From Nitrosopumilus sp. (GTDB lineage Archaea; Thermoproteota; Nitrososphaeria; Nitrososphaerales; Nitrosopumilaceae), in NCBI GenBank assembly GCA_965249555.1, contig OZ252243.1, positions 2,016,001 through 2,080,000 on the forward strand: a DNA stretch of 64,000 nt, given 5' to 3'. Both the position numbers and the translations under genes were made by a program. Under the pieces are notes generated by a model, which was not told the origin of the DNA, did no database searches, and was given only the letters and a program-made list of their open reading frames with translations. Every line of letters starts with the position of its first letter. Positions within the stretch are counted from its first letter, which is position 1. Shown here piece after piece: positions 41,185 through 51,979 of the stretch.

Positions 41185-41507
41185 TATGATCTAACCTCTA
41201 CTACTACATATGATATTGATTTTGATATTGGTCTGCATTCTGCAGTCAACACATCATCTCCAAATTCAACATCAATACAACCTGGAACGTGTGCATGAAT
41301 TGTACTTTTACCCCTTGCATATCTCTTAAATTTACTAAAGTAAACCGGTGCATCTTTTTGTAGCGTAATTGTCTGTTTTGCTTTACTACCTGTTACCTTC
41401 CCATCAAAGAGTTTTCCTCTTACTGACAAGTTTCCGTGGAATGGACAATTTTTGTCTGTACATTCTCTTTTTGGTTCTTTTACTTTTAATCCAATGTTTA
41501 GAGTCAT
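41184..41507 (-). CDS. rps17: 30S ribosomal protein S17
   Basis: CPFHG.LSVRG and ECRPISK motifs. Confidence 0.97.
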   Translation of the reverse strand: MTLNIGLKVKEPKRECTDKNCPFHGNLSVRGKLFDGKVTGSKAKQTITLQKDAPVYFSKFKRYARGKSTIHAHVPGCIDVEFGDDVLTAECRPISKSISYVVVEVRS

Positions 41508-41770
41508 GCTTTTCCTCCTATTCTGTCAAATGGTCTTTTTGCAATTTTAGAACCATCTATTATCGTGTCTTTCCCATCAATTGAGAATTTCCAACTATTT
41601 TTTGATTTGGCAATAGATTTTGTTCCCTTCTTTGTGTTTATTCTAAACATTGATTTTGTTTCATCAATAATACTCCCATTTAATCCTATAATTTGTGGAT
41701 TAGATGATTGAATAATCTCAGTATGTAATCCAACGAATTCATGTGATGTAATGTTGTCTATTGTGATCAT
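41504..41770 (-). CDS. rnp1: RNase P protein component 1 (Rpp29)
   Basis: HE.VGL, G.IIDETK and RP.DR motifs. Confidence 0.93.
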   Translation of the reverse strand: MITIDNITSHEFVGLHTEIIQSSNPQIIGLNGSIIDETKSMFRINTKKGTKSIAKSKNSWKFSIDGKDTIIDGSKIAKRPFDRIGGKA

Positions 41771-41973
41771 TTCTCTTTTTTCATCTCGTTTATTCTAGTT
41801 AGCATTCTTGCAATATCATGACGTAGTGGTTTTAGTTTACCACTTTGTTTTCTTAGTGTACCTTTAGCTCCATCAACTCTAAGTTTTTTAAGCTCACTTC
41901 TTGTCTCTTGAATCTTACTTTTGAGATCTTTTTCGTTTAACTGTTTAATGGTTTTCATACTAAGTCTTGTCAT
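41767..41973 (-). CDS. rpl29: 50S ribosomal protein L29
   Basis: R.DIARMLT.INE motif; operon position. Confidence 0.95.
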   Translation of the reverse strand: MTRLSMKTIKQLNEKDLKSKIQETRSELKKLRVDGAKGTLRKQSGKLKPLRHDIARMLTRINEMKKEK

Positions 41974-42992
41974 TTCAATTTGGCCTCTTCTTCCTCTAAT
42001 GTTTCAATACTTTTCATTTTTTCTTCTTCAATAACAATTTGCTCTGTTTCTGATTTTACCTTACTTTTTGCATCATCACTTGTCTTTACTGCATCATCAC
42101 TTGTCTTTACTGCATCATCACTTGTCTTTACTGCATCATCACTTGTCTTTACTGCATCATCACTTGTCTTTACTGCATCATCACTTGTCTTTACTGCATC
42201 ATCACTTGTCTTTACTGCATCATCACTTGTCTTTACTGCATCATCACTTGTCTTTACTGCATCATCACTTGTCTTTACTGCATCATCACTTGTCTTTACT
42301 GCATCATCACTTGTCTTTACTGCATCATCACTTGTCTTTACTGCATCATCACTTGTCTTTACTGTTTTTTCTTCTTGAACTTGTTTTGTCTTCTTTACTT
42401 TTTTATCTTTCATTTCAAATTCCGGAATAAATTTTTCTTTTCTTGCAATTCTAATTCGAATACCAATTAACCCCATTGCAGTTTGTACGTGTGCAATGTC
42501 TTCATCAACAATAATTTCTGCGTGATGTCCTGCTCTTGGTAAAATTCCTGCTGTATGTTTTTCAAATGCTGAACGATCCCCTCTGAGTTTTCCAGAAATT
42601 GTTATTTGAACTCCCATTGCACCGCCTTCCATAATTTGTTTCAATGTCCACATCGTCGCTCTTCTGAATGCAGTCCCTCGCTCAATATGTGATGCCATTC
42701 TATTACACATCACACTTGGAGCTAGTTCCGGTTTCTCAATTTCTACTACTGAAATTTGAGGACTCTTTAATCCAAAATCTGTTTCAAGTTTTTCAGTGAG
42801 GGCTCTGATTCCCGTACCTTTTCTTCCGATAACTATTCCCGGTCTTGTTACATGTAATGCAACTCTTGTACCTGTTGGTGTTTTTGATATCTCTGCATGT
42901 GAAAAACCTGCATCTTTAATTGCTTCTCTTAGATAATCTTTGAGAAGCATCATGTTATAGTTATCTTTGATTACATTTTTGATTGCTGACAT
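41970..42992 (-). CDS. rps3: 30S ribosomal protein S3 with a (VKTSDDA)14 insertion
   Basis: [16 protein letters not shown] and SGKL motifs. Confidence 0.97.
   Translation of the reverse strand: MSAIKNVIKDNYNMMLLKDYLREAIKDAGFSHAEISKTPTGTRVALHVTRPGIVIGRKGTGIRALTEKLETDFGLKSPQISVVEIEKPELAPSVMCNRMASHIERGTAFRRATMWTLKQIMEGGAMGVQITISGKLRGDRSAFEKHTAGILPRAGHHAEIIVDEDIAHVQTAMGLIGIRIRIARKEKFIPEFEMKDKKVKKTKQVQEEKTVKTSDDAVKTSDDAVKTSDDAVKTSDDAVKTSDDAVKTSDDAVKTSDDAVKTSDDAVKTSDDAVKTSDDAVKTSDDAVKTSDDAVKTSDDAVKTSDDAKSKVKSETEQIVIEEEKMKSIETLEEEEAKLK
42069..42362. repeat. perfect tandem repeat, 14 x 21 bp
   Basis: Unit TGCATCATCACTTGTCTTTAC; 294 bp; no spacers. Confidence 0.97.
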
Positions 42993-42993
42993 T

Positions 42994-43452
42994 CTAAATC
43001 TCCTGAGCTACCAGCTCTACATGAGTCAATACATCGTTCTTTGCAGTTGCTCTTCCCATTGCTCTTGGGATGAATCTTTTTATGGTTACTCCTTTGTGAA
43101 CAGTTGCGTTTACAATTCTTAATCTATCTAAATCCATTCCTTTGTATTCTGCATTTGATTCTAAATTATCTAAAACTTTGATGAACTCTTTTGCTGTTTT
43201 TTGTGGATAACGACCTGACATCATTCCAGGATCTGATTTATGACCTACTTGGTTTTTGAATCGTCTAAATGCAACTGCTCTGTCTTTGTTAATTACTGCT
43301 TGTAAGAAATCTCTTGCTTTTTCAATTGACAATCCCTTGATAGCAACTGCAACTTCACGTGCATGTTTGTGTGAGATGTCTTTTTCTCTTAATGATGAAC
43401 GAACATGTCTTGTTGCATCATAATTTTGGAAAGCGTAATTGAATCTACCCAT
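42994..43452 (-). CDS. rpl22: 50S ribosomal protein L22
   Basis: GRYP.K.A, NAEYKG and PRAMGRA motifs. Confidence 0.97.
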   Translation of the reverse strand: MGRFNYAFQNYDATRHVRSSLREKDISHKHAREVAVAIKGLSIEKARDFLQAVINKDRAVAFRRFKNQVGHKSDPGMMSGRYPQKTAKEFIKVLDNLESNAEYKGMDLDRLRIVNATVHKGVTIKRFIPRAMGRATAKNDVLTHVELVAQEI

Positions 43453-43457
43453 AGCAA

Positions 43458-43853
43458 TCACTTCAATGGCACATAAAGGCTGGATCTTGATGCTCCTACT
43501 CCTGGTGCACCATGTGAGACTTTTTTGTTTGTTATGACATATTCTCCCAAGTAATGACCAATCATTTCTGTTCTAATTACGACTGGTTTGAACTCTTTTC
43601 CTGAAAAAACATTTACTGTAACATCTACCATGTATGGTAGAATGATCAAATCTCTTAGGTGAGTTTTGATGGGATTCTTTAATTTTCCTGCCTTTGCAGC
43701 CTTTATCTCTTCGATTAATTTTCTTTTTCCATCATTAATACCTCTGGTAAGAGATCTTCTTTGTCTAGAGTTGAATAATAAAAATAATTTCTCTAAAGAT
43801 GTATTTTCTAATTCCTCTTTTGGAATTCCTCTGTATAAAAATTCTTTAACCAT
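43458..43853 (-). CDS. rps19: 30S ribosomal protein S19
   Basis: KTHLRD, MIGHYLGE and HG.PGVGASRSS motifs. Confidence 0.97.
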   Translation of the reverse strand: MVKEFLYRGIPKEELENTSLEKLFLLFNSRQRRSLTRGINDGKRKLIEEIKAAKAGKLKNPIKTHLRDLIILPYMVDVTVNVFSGKEFKPVVIRTEMIGHYLGEYVITNKKVSHGAPGVGASRSSLYVPLK

Positions 43854-43897
43854 CTTTCTTCTCCTCTGTTAATGTACTTCGAGTTTTATGGTCCATA

Positions 43898-44164
43898 TTA
43901 TAGCATTCCTATCTTTGTTGCCAAATCCCTAGCTTTTGCTGTATTTTCAAACTGAACAAATGCTTTTTTGCCATAAATTGTTCTTGCGGTGTTGACATTG
44001 GTAACGTTTTCATTGTAAAGTGTTTTTACAGCCTCAGCAATTTGTGGTTTGCTTGCTGAAATCTCTACAATGAAACAAATTTTACTTTCATTTTCTACCA
44101 TTGCAAAAGTTTTTTCTGTAATGTATGGTTTAACAATAATTCTACTTGCCTGTTCTACATTCAT
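43898..44164 (-). CDS. rpl23: 50S ribosomal protein L23
   Basis: P.ITEK and GKKAFV motifs. Confidence 0.96.
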   Translation of the reverse strand: MNVEQASRIIVKPYITEKTFAMVENESKICFIVEISASKPQIAEAVKTLYNENVTNVNTARTIYGKKAFVQFENTAKARDLATKIGML

Positions 44165-44976
44165 TGTGTTTTCACCATTAACTCCAGATGTGTTGATTTG
44201 ATTTTTCCAATTTCTGTTATTGCTGATTTGGAATATACTGTTAATCTAATTGGATCCGATCCTGGAGCCAAATCTAATACGCTTAGATCTTTGACATTTT
44301 TTGCCTCTACGCCCGGAAGTGCCCCTATTGCTTTTCTCAAGTTTGAAGAATCCATTGTTACAAACAATATACTCTTTCCAACTTTCTTACTTCTTCCTCT
44401 AAGTCTTGATTGCCCAGAACGTACTTTTCTTGATTCTAATCTTTTAACGTCTTGCGATAGGTTTAGTGAATCCAACACTTTGGTGATTTCACTTGTTTTA
44501 GAAATTGATTCTATATCGTCTGACACTATAATTGGAAATGATTCAATACCTTCAACTTTGTGACCACGTGATTCTACAAGATCTTTTGATGCCGTAGCTG
44601 CAATTGCAGAACACAATGCAAGCTTTTTTTCTTTTTTGTTTAATTTCTTGTAAATTACCTTCCCTACGATAGGTGGATGTGCTTGTCTTCCTCCTCTAGT
44701 TGATGCAACTTCTGCACCTTGGCCTGATCTTCCTCCTCCTCCTCCGGTTGCTCGGGCTACACGAGATACACCTTGACCTGTTGGAGGATTATTTGAGTCT
44801 GCTACTACATCTTGACCTGCGGTTGGATGTCTTCCTTGTGGTTGGAATTTATGCGATGTTAAATTAGTGAAAGCCTTGTGAATCAATTCTCTTCTAAATG
44901 GAGTTGAAAATATTATTGGAAGTTCTACTTCTCCATCTTTTGTTCCAGTAGTTGTGTATGCTGCAGTCTTCATCAT
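44161..44976 (-). CDS. rpl4: 50S ribosomal protein L4
   Basis: TRGGRQAHPP and LAPG motifs. Confidence 0.96.
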   Translation of the reverse strand: MMKTAAYTTTGTKDGEVELPIIFSTPFRRELIHKAFTNLTSHKFQPQGRHPTAGQDVVADSNNPPTGQGVSRVARATGGGGGRSGQGAEVASTRGGRQAHPPIVGKVIYKKLNKKEKKLALCSAIAATASKDLVESRGHKVEGIESFPIIVSDDIESISKTSEITKVLDSLNLSQDVKRLESRKVRSGQSRLRGRSKKVGKSILFVTMDSSNLRKAIGALPGVEAKNVKDLSVLDLAPGSDPIRLTVYSKSAITEIGKIKSTHLELMVKTQ

Positions 44977-45965
44977 ACTACTACCTCCAAAATGTTTGGT
45001 TTGTTAACTTTGACTGGTGCATTTCTAATCTGACTTCGTAGTTTAATCAATCTTCTATATGTTCCTGGAACTGAACCTTTTAGAACAATAAAATCTCCTT
45101 TCACTAATCCAAAGTGTTTGTATCCTCCATCTGGATTTATTTTAATTTGATCATCATTTGTATTACCTATTATCATAATTCGTTTATCATATTCAGTTCT
45201 TTGATGGAATCCCATTTGTCCTGCTCTTGGAACAGTATACATGACACTTTGTGGAGATATTGGACCAAGTGAACCTACTTCTCTAACTGTTTTTCTTGAT
45301 TTGTGTTGTTTCTTTTTTACTCCCCATCTTTGTATAACACCTTGCCATCCTTTGCCTTTAGTAATTGCTGCAACATCTACTGTTGAACCAATTTCAAAAA
45401 TTTGATCAATTTTGATTTCTTTTCCAAGTAACTCTTTAACATGGTTGAATTGTTTTTCTATATCCCCACCACTAACTGAAGCTTCAAAAATATATGGTTT
45501 CTTTTGTTCTAATCCTGCTGAACGCGGAGAAACTGCAACGATTGCAAATATTTCTTTAATTTTTCTTAATCTTTTTCCTGCATTTTCTAATGCTCCTTCT
45601 TTATTTTTTAATTTAATTTCTTTTGCAATATGTTTTGGAATGTCTTCTGCATATACATCAAATTCTGCATGTAATCCATCATGATCTTTTGAATACCCTC
45701 TAATTCCTAAAATTAGTACTGGTGGAGTTACTAAGACTGTTCCAAGACTAACAAGTTGTTTTCCTGCATTTGGAGTCTTTTCACGATCGTCAATACTCAC
45801 AATCTGTACGCATCCTGCTTTGAATCCGCAATGAGCTAAAATCTTTGGTTCTTCTGTGTCTAATTTTGGCCATGCTCTAATTCTTGCTTCCATGCTTTTG
45901 GCACGTCCTCTTGGTGAGTATGCAAGGCTTCCTCTACGTGGTGAATGGCGTTTTCGAGCTCCCAT
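44973..45965 (-). CDS. rpl3: 50S ribosomal protein L3
   Basis: PRRGSLAYSPR.RA, TKGKG.QG and AGQMGFHQRTE motifs. Confidence 0.98.
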   Translation of the reverse strand: MGARKRHSPRRGSLAYSPRGRAKSMEARIRAWPKLDTEEPKILAHCGFKAGCVQIVSIDDREKTPNAGKQLVSLGTVLVTPPVLILGIRGYSKDHDGLHAEFDVYAEDIPKHIAKEIKLKNKEGALENAGKRLRKIKEIFAIVAVSPRSAGLEQKKPYIFEASVSGGDIEKQFNHVKELLGKEIKIDQIFEIGSTVDVAAITKGKGWQGVIQRWGVKKKQHKSRKTVREVGSLGPISPQSVMYTVPRAGQMGFHQRTEYDKRIMIIGNTNDDQIKINPDGGYKHFGLVKGDFIVLKGSVPGTYRRLIKLRSQIRNAPVKVNKPNILEVVV

Positions 45966-46059
45966 GGTTAAGTCGCATCATCGATTTCCCTCTATTAAAC
46001 CATATGAGATATCGTTAACCACTTAGGAAATCTTGGTTAACAATCTATTTGTTAAATTG

Positions 46060-46170
46060 TTATAGATTTAACAAATCTATTATCACATTCCAAACGGTAA
46101 TTCCGCCAATAATAATTCCTATCACTCCCATCCCAATTGCCAATAGTAAGAAATTTTTTCTCTCTGCCAT
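46060..46170 (-). CDS. small membrane protein (36 aa)
   Basis: Manual translation MAERKNFLLLAIGMGVIGIIIGGITVWNVIIDLLNL, coupled to the upstream stop codon. Confidence 0.45.
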   Translation of the reverse strand: MAERKNFLLLAIGMGVIGIIIGGITVWNVIIDLLNL

Positions 46171-46171
46171 G

Positions 46172-46984
46172 TTATGATGTTCTTTGAGCATTAATTATTG
46201 CTAGTGTTCCTAATAGTGCTTCTTCTAGACGTACAGTTTGAGTAGCCTGATCTGGAAAAAAGTTTAGAATCTTTGCATTTTGCACATTTTTCATTTTTCC
46301 TCGAAGGATCTCATGAACTCCTTTTTCAGGTGAACCAAATACTATCAGTGTTGGTTGATCTGATTTTGTATATTTAGAAACCTGCTCTTTTGTTGCAGTT
46401 TTTCCTTTTCTAGATGTGATGATAATGTTTCCTTTCCACTCATTTAATAGTGAAAACAAGTTTGCTCGCTCTTTGACTGAATATCCCCAATACTCTTGCA
46501 CTTCATTCTTATCAATTTCTTTTACTGAAAATCTAGGATGACCCTCTTTGAATTGAACTGTGACTCTTTTTCCTACTGAAGTCTTACCAAAAAACTGTAC
46601 TAGTTGATTTATTCCAACATCTACAAATCTTTTTCCTTTTATACTAACTACAATCCCTTCTCTGACATCCCCTCTATTGATGTTTTTTGAATTTGCTGGT
46701 GTGATGTGACTAGGAATTTTTAATGGCTGAAGTACTCCTGCAAATTTCAAGTCATTCATTTTAGGAAATAATCTTCTTCTCAAAAATTGAGGTGTTTCTA
46801 AATATTTTAGAATCATCACAAGTAGACTTCCATCCTGTTTATTGTCTCCATCTTGATACACATAGATTGTTTCTATTTTGAAAATAGAGCATGCCCTTGC
46901 TAAAACTGATATTTTTCTAGTTTTGTCTATCTTTAGTGAATCATCAGATAGTGCTGATTCGGGAATGGCTACTGATAATTTCAA
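46172..46984 (-). CDS. SPOUT RNA methyltransferase (DUF171 family)
   Basis: SVAIP.S, YLETPQFLR, VFGSP and TVRLEEA motifs. Confidence 0.92.
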   Translation of the reverse strand: MKLSVAIPESALSDDSLKIDKTRKISVLARACSIFKIETIYVYQDGDNKQDGSLLVMILKYLETPQFLRRRLFPKMNDLKFAGVLQPLKIPSHITPANSKNINRGDVREGIVVSIKGKRFVDVGINQLVQFFGKTSVGKRVTVQFKEGHPRFSVKEIDKNEVQEYWGYSVKERANLFSLLNEWKGNIIITSRKGKTATKEQVSKYTKSDQPTLIVFGSPEKGVHEILRGKMKNVQNAKILNFFPDQATQTVRLEEALLGTLAIINAQRTS

Positions 46985-47016
46985 TGTAATTTTATCTCAC
47001 AAGCAGTTAAAAGTAA

Positions 47017-47754
47017 TTATTTTTGATCGTGTGGGTATTTCTCTTTTGCAGTCTTTGCATAGTTTGCTATCTGCTCCTTAGAAATTATTTCATACTCACC
47101 TGTTTCTGTTTTTATTTGTGCCATTCTAATATGATCCATTCCTTCTTTATCTTCACTTGATAGATAAATTCCTGCTGTAGCTAATACTGCGGCATCCTCT
47201 AATGAAAGATCATTTTTGTAAGTTTTTTCTAAAAAGTCAGTTACTTGATCCGAACTTGCTCCAATTGCAATTGCATCATATGAGATGTATGTTCCACTAG
47301 GATCAGTTAGATACAACTGTGGTGTTTTGTTTATTACTCCACCTAGAATAAGTGCAACACCAAAAGGTCTTACACCTGCATATTGTGTGTATTGTTGACA
47401 TTGGTCAGCTAAATGCTTTGCAATTGCTTCAACTTCAACTGGTTCATCATAAATCATTTTGTTACTTTGAGAAAAGAATCTTGCATTGTCTACTTGGCTT
47501 CTTGCATCTGGGATATATCCTGCTGCTGCAACTCCAACATGATCATCAATTTGGAAAATCTTTTGTGCTGTTTCAGAAATTTGTAATTTTCTTGGTTTTT
47601 CTTCAACTGCAATAACTATTCCATCTTTACATTTTACACCAACTGCGATTGTGCCTCTTCTTACAGTTTCAATAGCATACTCTACTTGGTAAAGTCTACC
47701 ATCTGGTGAAAATACTGTAATTGCTCTATCGTAACCTTGTTGTGCAGGAAGCAT
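47017..47754 (-). CDS. psmA: proteasome alpha subunit
   Basis: YDRAITVFSPDGRLYQVEYA motif. Confidence 0.98.
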   Translation of the reverse strand: MLPAQQGYDRAITVFSPDGRLYQVEYAIETVRRGTIAVGVKCKDGIVIAVEEKPRKLQISETAQKIFQIDDHVGVAAAGYIPDARSQVDNARFFSQSNKMIYDEPVEVEAIAKHLADQCQQYTQYAGVRPFGVALILGGVINKTPQLYLTDPSGTYISYDAIAIGASSDQVTDFLEKTYKNDLSLEDAAVLATAGIYLSSEDKEGMDHIRMAQIKTETGEYEIISKEQIANYAKTAKEKYPHDQK

Positions 47755-47903
47755 TTGATTCCAATGCTTAGAATGTACAATTTAAACTGTACCCATTATT
47801 GGAAAAAATTGCTACTTTGATCGAAGCCTAAGACATTGGTGTATTTTTGTAAATTATGCCATCTTTCATGAAAGCTTATTTGCAACTGAATTATTGTGGA
47901 TTT

Positions 47904-48320
47904 ATGAAATTTGAAATTGAATTTTTTGGACATGAAAATATTAGATCAAACCATCAAAAGACTATCGAGATTACAAAAGAATCTCATTTAACACCTCAAG
48001 GAGATTGTATAATTGGTATCAATGCAACTTCAAGTTGTGCTGATTTACCTCAAGAGTTAAAAGATAAACTCAAAACATCTGATACCAAAATAATTTTTTC
48101 AATTAGTGTAGGTAAACATGAATTTCTAATAGAGGGAAAAGGTCATCCTGATCTAATACTTACCCATTCTGAAGATATTGTAATTAGAAAAAGTGATTTT
48201 ATTTGTCCAAGAACGTTGGCCATTAATTGTGATAAGGCATCTGATTTCTTACCACGAGAGATGGTTTCATTATTACAGAATCCTAAAACAAAAGGTGTCT
48301 TTACTATAACCGTAGACTAG
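47904..48320 (+). CDS. DUF371 family protein
   Basis: GHENI...H..TIEITKE..LTP.GDCIIG motif. Confidence 0.9.
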   Translation: MKFEIEFFGHENIRSNHQKTIEITKESHLTPQGDCIIGINATSSCADLPQELKDKLKTSDTKIIFSISVGKHEFLIEGKGHPDLILTHSEDIVIRKSDFICPRTLAINCDKASDFLPREMVSLLQNPKTKGVFTITVD

Positions 48321-48567
48321 TACTGTGACAATTTTATAGGCGTATATCTAATTTTGATTATGGGTCGTAAAACTAACATTTTCATTTTGATCCCATTAGC
48401 AGCTTTTGCAACAATAATTCTTGGATTTGGGATGTACAACACATTATGCAAAAACTCTGAGATTCCTTTACCTTGTTAACATTTGTCAAATATTCTCTGA
48501 TTATTTCTTGTTTTAGTTAATTCTGGTTTAGCAAGATTCTCTTAAAGTATAAGCCATTAGAATTTTC

Positions 48568-48909
48568 ATGGTAAAACCAATAGTAGAATTACCAATTTCT
48601 AAAAAACCTACCGATGCGGAACTCAAAAAACTCAAAGAATATTTCAAAGAAATGCCAGTTGCTGAGATCCTTTCAGGACTAAAATTTGCAAAGAATAGAT
48701 GGTCTGCAAAAGATGCTGGAACTCTAAAGGTGGGAAGGAAAAGCATTATTCAAAAAGAGGTTCATTCTGTTACTACTGAGCAAGCTCAATGGAGATTAAA
48801 GAATTGGAAGATGATGATAGCAAATTATCGTAGACGTGGATACAGTTATCCTACAATTTCTAGAATAAAGAAAATTCTTGTTCAGAAAAGTAAAAAGAAA
48901 TCTAAGTAA
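48568..48909 (+). CDS. basic conserved hypothetical protein
   Basis: 113-aa Lys/Arg-rich ORF. Confidence 0.7.
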   Translation: MVKPIVELPISKKPTDAELKKLKEYFKEMPVAEILSGLKFAKNRWSAKDAGTLKVGRKSIIQKEVHSVTTEQAQWRLKNWKMMIANYRRRGYSYPTISRIKKILVQKSKKKSK

Positions 48910-49264
48910 ATTGGAGATTCCATTGATGAGACCATTTACGAATAAAGTACACTGTTATTGAAAATTCTACTATTATCATCATCAAAAATGATGGCAAACC
49001 AAGTTGATGGTCTGTACGTAACATCATTTCTACCCAATCAATATCCAAATTTTCTGCAGTTTGTCCTCCTCCTATGAACATTCTGTCTGAGTTATATTCA
49101 GGAATCAATGCCATGTGAATTCCGGCTAATGATAGTTCTACAATAATCACAATAAGCAAATATTTTCTGAATTTTTTGATATGATATGCTGCATACCAAT
49201 TCATAATTGGAATAAAACAGTAAATTGTTTGTCTTGTTAAGCTTACAGGACCATCAGCCGGCAT
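48902..49264 (-). CDS. membrane protein
   Basis: Hydrophobic segments; KWS..WN C-terminus. Confidence 0.7.
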   Translation of the reverse strand: MPADGPVSLTRQTIYCFIPIMNWYAAYHIKKFRKYLLIVIIVELSLAGIHMALIPEYNSDRMFIGGGQTAENLDIDWVEMMLRTDHQLGLPSFLMMIIVEFSITVYFIRKWSHQWNLQFT

Positions 49265-49323
49265 AAATCACAAAAATTCTGATTGTTAATTAGTATTGCT
49301 AATGACTTTGTAAAAACAAAATT

Positions 49324-49974
49324 CTATAATAAAATGTCTGATCTCTTCTCAGCTATTTGTTGTTTGAGACTATCAGGAATTTCTGGAATTGTTGATTTGG
49401 TCTGACCTGCAATTACACTGTGTGCCTCTTCTAGAATTGCTAGCGTATCTGCATTTGTCTCAGCACCAATACTGATACCATCGCCCATAGCTAATGATGA
49501 ACCTGACATTACATCACCAAGTATTTTTGATAAATCTTGCATAGAAGCATTTGCCTCCGGCATAATTCCTTTTAGTGATGGAGCTAGTCCTCTGATAATT
49601 GACATACATGGGCTCAGTGTTACTACTACATCACCAAGTTCTGATACTGTATCTAGTCTAAGTTTGATCTGTTCCATAGATAATTTTGCACCACTTACCA
49701 TATTTTTCATCTTTCTAACCTGAGTCAGTTCTCCTGCATATGCATGAGCATAACCTGTTTTGTTATTTCTTTGAGCATTTACAATCTTCTCAAAGATTGT
49801 ATCGTGTTTTTTCTGTAATTTTTCATTAATTACTTCTAATTTTGAAATCTGAAATTGTAATTTTTTTTGTGCAAAATCAATTTTGTTTTTAATTGGTTTC
49901 TCAGGCTTTACCTTACCAATTACTCTCTGAGATATGCTTTCTCCTTCTCCTTTGTTCCAAGAGTTGCTTAACAT
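49324..49974 (-). CDS. Snf7/ESCRT-III (CdvB paralog)
   Basis: Coiled coil, YA.EL...RK, LEQI.LRL.TV.ELGD and ILEEA patterns. Confidence 0.88.
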   Translation of the reverse strand: MLSNSWNKGEGESISQRVIGKVKPEKPIKNKIDFAQKKLQFQISKLEVINEKLQKKHDTIFEKIVNAQRNNKTGYAHAYAGELTQVRKMKNMVSGAKLSMEQIKLRLDTVSELGDVVVTLSPCMSIIRGLAPSLKGIMPEANASMQDLSKILGDVMSGSSLAMGDGISIGAETNADTLAILEEAHSVIAGQTKSTIPEIPDSLKQQIAEKRSDILL

Positions 49975-50068
49975 GCCTTAATTTACCTAGTCTCTCTCAA
50001 AATTTTTGTTTTAAACAGATTTGTCACTGCATCTAGTGTCACTGGAGTGACAACGGGGAATGGTTACA

Positions 50069-51178
50069 CTATCCAAAGGTAAATGTGAATATCTGAAATC
50101 CTTTATCTTCAATCTGTATTTCTAATAAGTGCGATTCACTATTTTTACTGCTTATAATGTTGTATAGATCAGGCTCTGAGACTATCAACATATTTCCAGA
50201 TGTAATATCATCTCCTGAATACTTTGCAGGAATTGGTTTCCCATCAAGAAATATTTTTAATTCTGCAACATTGTCTGTCACTATGTTTACTTGTTTTGCG
50301 TTGTATCTCAACTTGATGGTTCCAGTATCTGATACTAATTCCATACTGTCTTCATAATTCCTCCAATCCCCTGTCAGGTAGAATTTATGCAAGTCTGTTT
50401 TACCTGATTCTAAATATGTAACAGTTTTTCCTAGATTAAATCCTTCTTCACTTCCTAATTGATTTCTACTTTGTGCAAATTTGTAACCAAAGTATAATTC
50501 AGGTGTTCTAAACATTGAATGTTCAAATTCATCAATGTCTACAAGTGATGCAGCTGAAGCCATCTGAATTCCAAGTGATGCAGCTCTTTCATCTAAAAGT
50601 TGTTGAATAATTTTTTCAGTTTCTTGATATCCCCCTTCTCCAATATGATCATATCTGATGTATCCTTCATGGTCTGCAATGTATTTTCTTGGCCAGTATC
50701 TATTTTCAAATGCCTTCCATGTCTCCATATCGTTATCCAAAATAACAGGATAACTAATACCGTATTTTTCTATTGCCATCTTGACATTCTCAGGATCTTT
50801 TTCAAATTCAAATTCTGGAGAATGAATTCCAATGATTAACAATCCTTGGTCTGCATATTTGTCATCCCATGCAGTGATGTATGGAAGTGTTCTAATGCAA
50901 TTAATACAACTGTATGTCCAAATGTCATAAAGTATCACTTTATCTTTGATCTTTTCGCTTAATTCTTCAGGTGTGGTGTTGAGATAATGGGCAATTCCAA
51001 CTAAATCTGGGGCTGTCTTGAATCTTGATTTATCAATTTTAACCATTGAATTTTCTTCAGATGTAATATTTGCTGACTCAAATTTTTCATCAAATGACGA
51101 AAAAATCATGCTCGTTATTCCTAATCCTGTGACAATTACAATTCCTAAGATTAACGCTGTTTTTATTTCTGATTTCAT
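50069..51178 (-). CDS. membrane-anchored redoxin (DipZ-like)
   Basis: WTYSCINC, HSPEFEFEK and TPELY.GY motifs. Confidence 0.92.
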   Translation of the reverse strand: MKSEIKTALILGIVIVTGLGITSMIFSSFDEKFESANITSEENSMVKIDKSRFKTAPDLVGIAHYLNTTPEELSEKIKDKVILYDIWTYSCINCIRTLPYITAWDDKYADQGLLIIGIHSPEFEFEKDPENVKMAIEKYGISYPVILDNDMETWKAFENRYWPRKYIADHEGYIRYDHIGEGGYQETEKIIQQLLDERAASLGIQMASAASLVDIDEFEHSMFRTPELYFGYKFAQSRNQLGSEEGFNLGKTVTYLESGKTDLHKFYLTGDWRNYEDSMELVSDTGTIKLRYNAKQVNIVTDNVAELKIFLDGKPIPAKYSGDDITSGNMLIVSEPDLYNIISSKNSESHLLEIQIEDKGFQIFTFTFG

Positions 51179-51182
51179 TTAA

Positions 51183-51914
51183 TCACCCTAGTAACACCAA
51201 ATCATTAAGAAGTGGGAAATTTGCAATGTATGCAAGTTGATTTGTAAATACTAGAATTCCTAAAATGATGATGAATGCACCCAAGATTACGTTGTAGTAT
51301 TTGAGATGTTTAGACATTGAACGAATTAGTCTTGTGGCTCTTGAGAAAAAGACACCCATTAAGATGAATGGAATTCCTAGACCTAATGAATATGCAAGTA
51401 ATAAGCTAAATGAAAGAGATGGAGTGGTAGCTGCTAAAGTAAGTATTGTTCCAAGTATTGGCCCAACACATGGAGTCCATCCTACTGCAAAAGCTAAACC
51501 AAATACAAATGACATTGGATAGCTTGACTTTGAACTTTTTGGAAAGAATTTTTTCTCTATATTTAATGAACGAATTTTTGTAGATAACAACATAAAAATC
51601 CCAAAAGAAATAATAATTATTCCACCTACAAAATTAAGACTCTCTGTAAATTCACTAGCAGCGTTAGAAAGAACACTGTTAATCAAAACTCCTAAAATAG
51701 AAAATACTATTGAAAATCCCAAGACAAAAAATACGGTATTTAGTACAATGTTTAATCGATTAATAGTAAGGACAGATCCGCTTTTAGAGCCAAGTTCTGT
51801 AACAGTTGTTCCTGATATGTATGCAAGAAAAGCTGGAATCATTGGGAGAATACAGGGAGCAATAAATGAACCTAGGCCAGCAAGTAATGCTACAAATATT
51901 GTAGGATCTGCCAT
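51183..51914 (-). CDS. ccdA: cytochrome c biogenesis CcdA/DsbD-like protein
   Basis: SF.APCILP and WTPCVGPILG motifs. Confidence 0.92.
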   Translation of the reverse strand: MADPTIFVALLAGLGSFIAPCILPMIPAFLAYISGTTVTELGSKSGSVLTINRLNIVLNTVFFVLGFSIVFSILGVLINSVLSNAASEFTESLNFVGGIIIISFGIFMLLSTKIRSLNIEKKFFPKSSKSSYPMSFVFGLAFAVGWTPCVGPILGTILTLAATTPSLSFSLLLAYSLGLGIPFILMGVFFSRATRLIRSMSKHLKYYNVILGAFIIILGILVFTNQLAYIANFPLLNDLVLLG

Positions 51915-51979
51915 GCGTTAAAATTGCAATTTTTCCTTTAAAGCATTCTTCCATATTATTACCTAATACAATGTATGTA

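Noticed and set aside
42069-42362. CRISPR array
   Set aside because: The units are contiguous with no unique spacers, lie in frame within rps3, and no cas genes are present.
41980-42430. Plus-strand ORFs with (TASSLVF)n and (HHHLSLL)n
   Set aside because: Antisense shadows of the rps3 repeat.
43853-43898. Absence of rpl2 between rpl23 and rps19
   Set aside because: Relocation of L2 out of this cluster is common in TACK archaea, and there is no sign of a local deletion.
46014-46075. Inverted repeats GTTAACCA...TGGTTAAC and TTGTTAAAT...ATTTAACAA upstream of rpl3
   Set aside because: Short AT-rich repeats; terminator, operator and chance cannot be distinguished.
50021-50053. TGTCACT repeats upstream of the CdvB-like gene
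   Set aside because: Plausible regulatory motif, but a single occurrence in this window gives no independent support.
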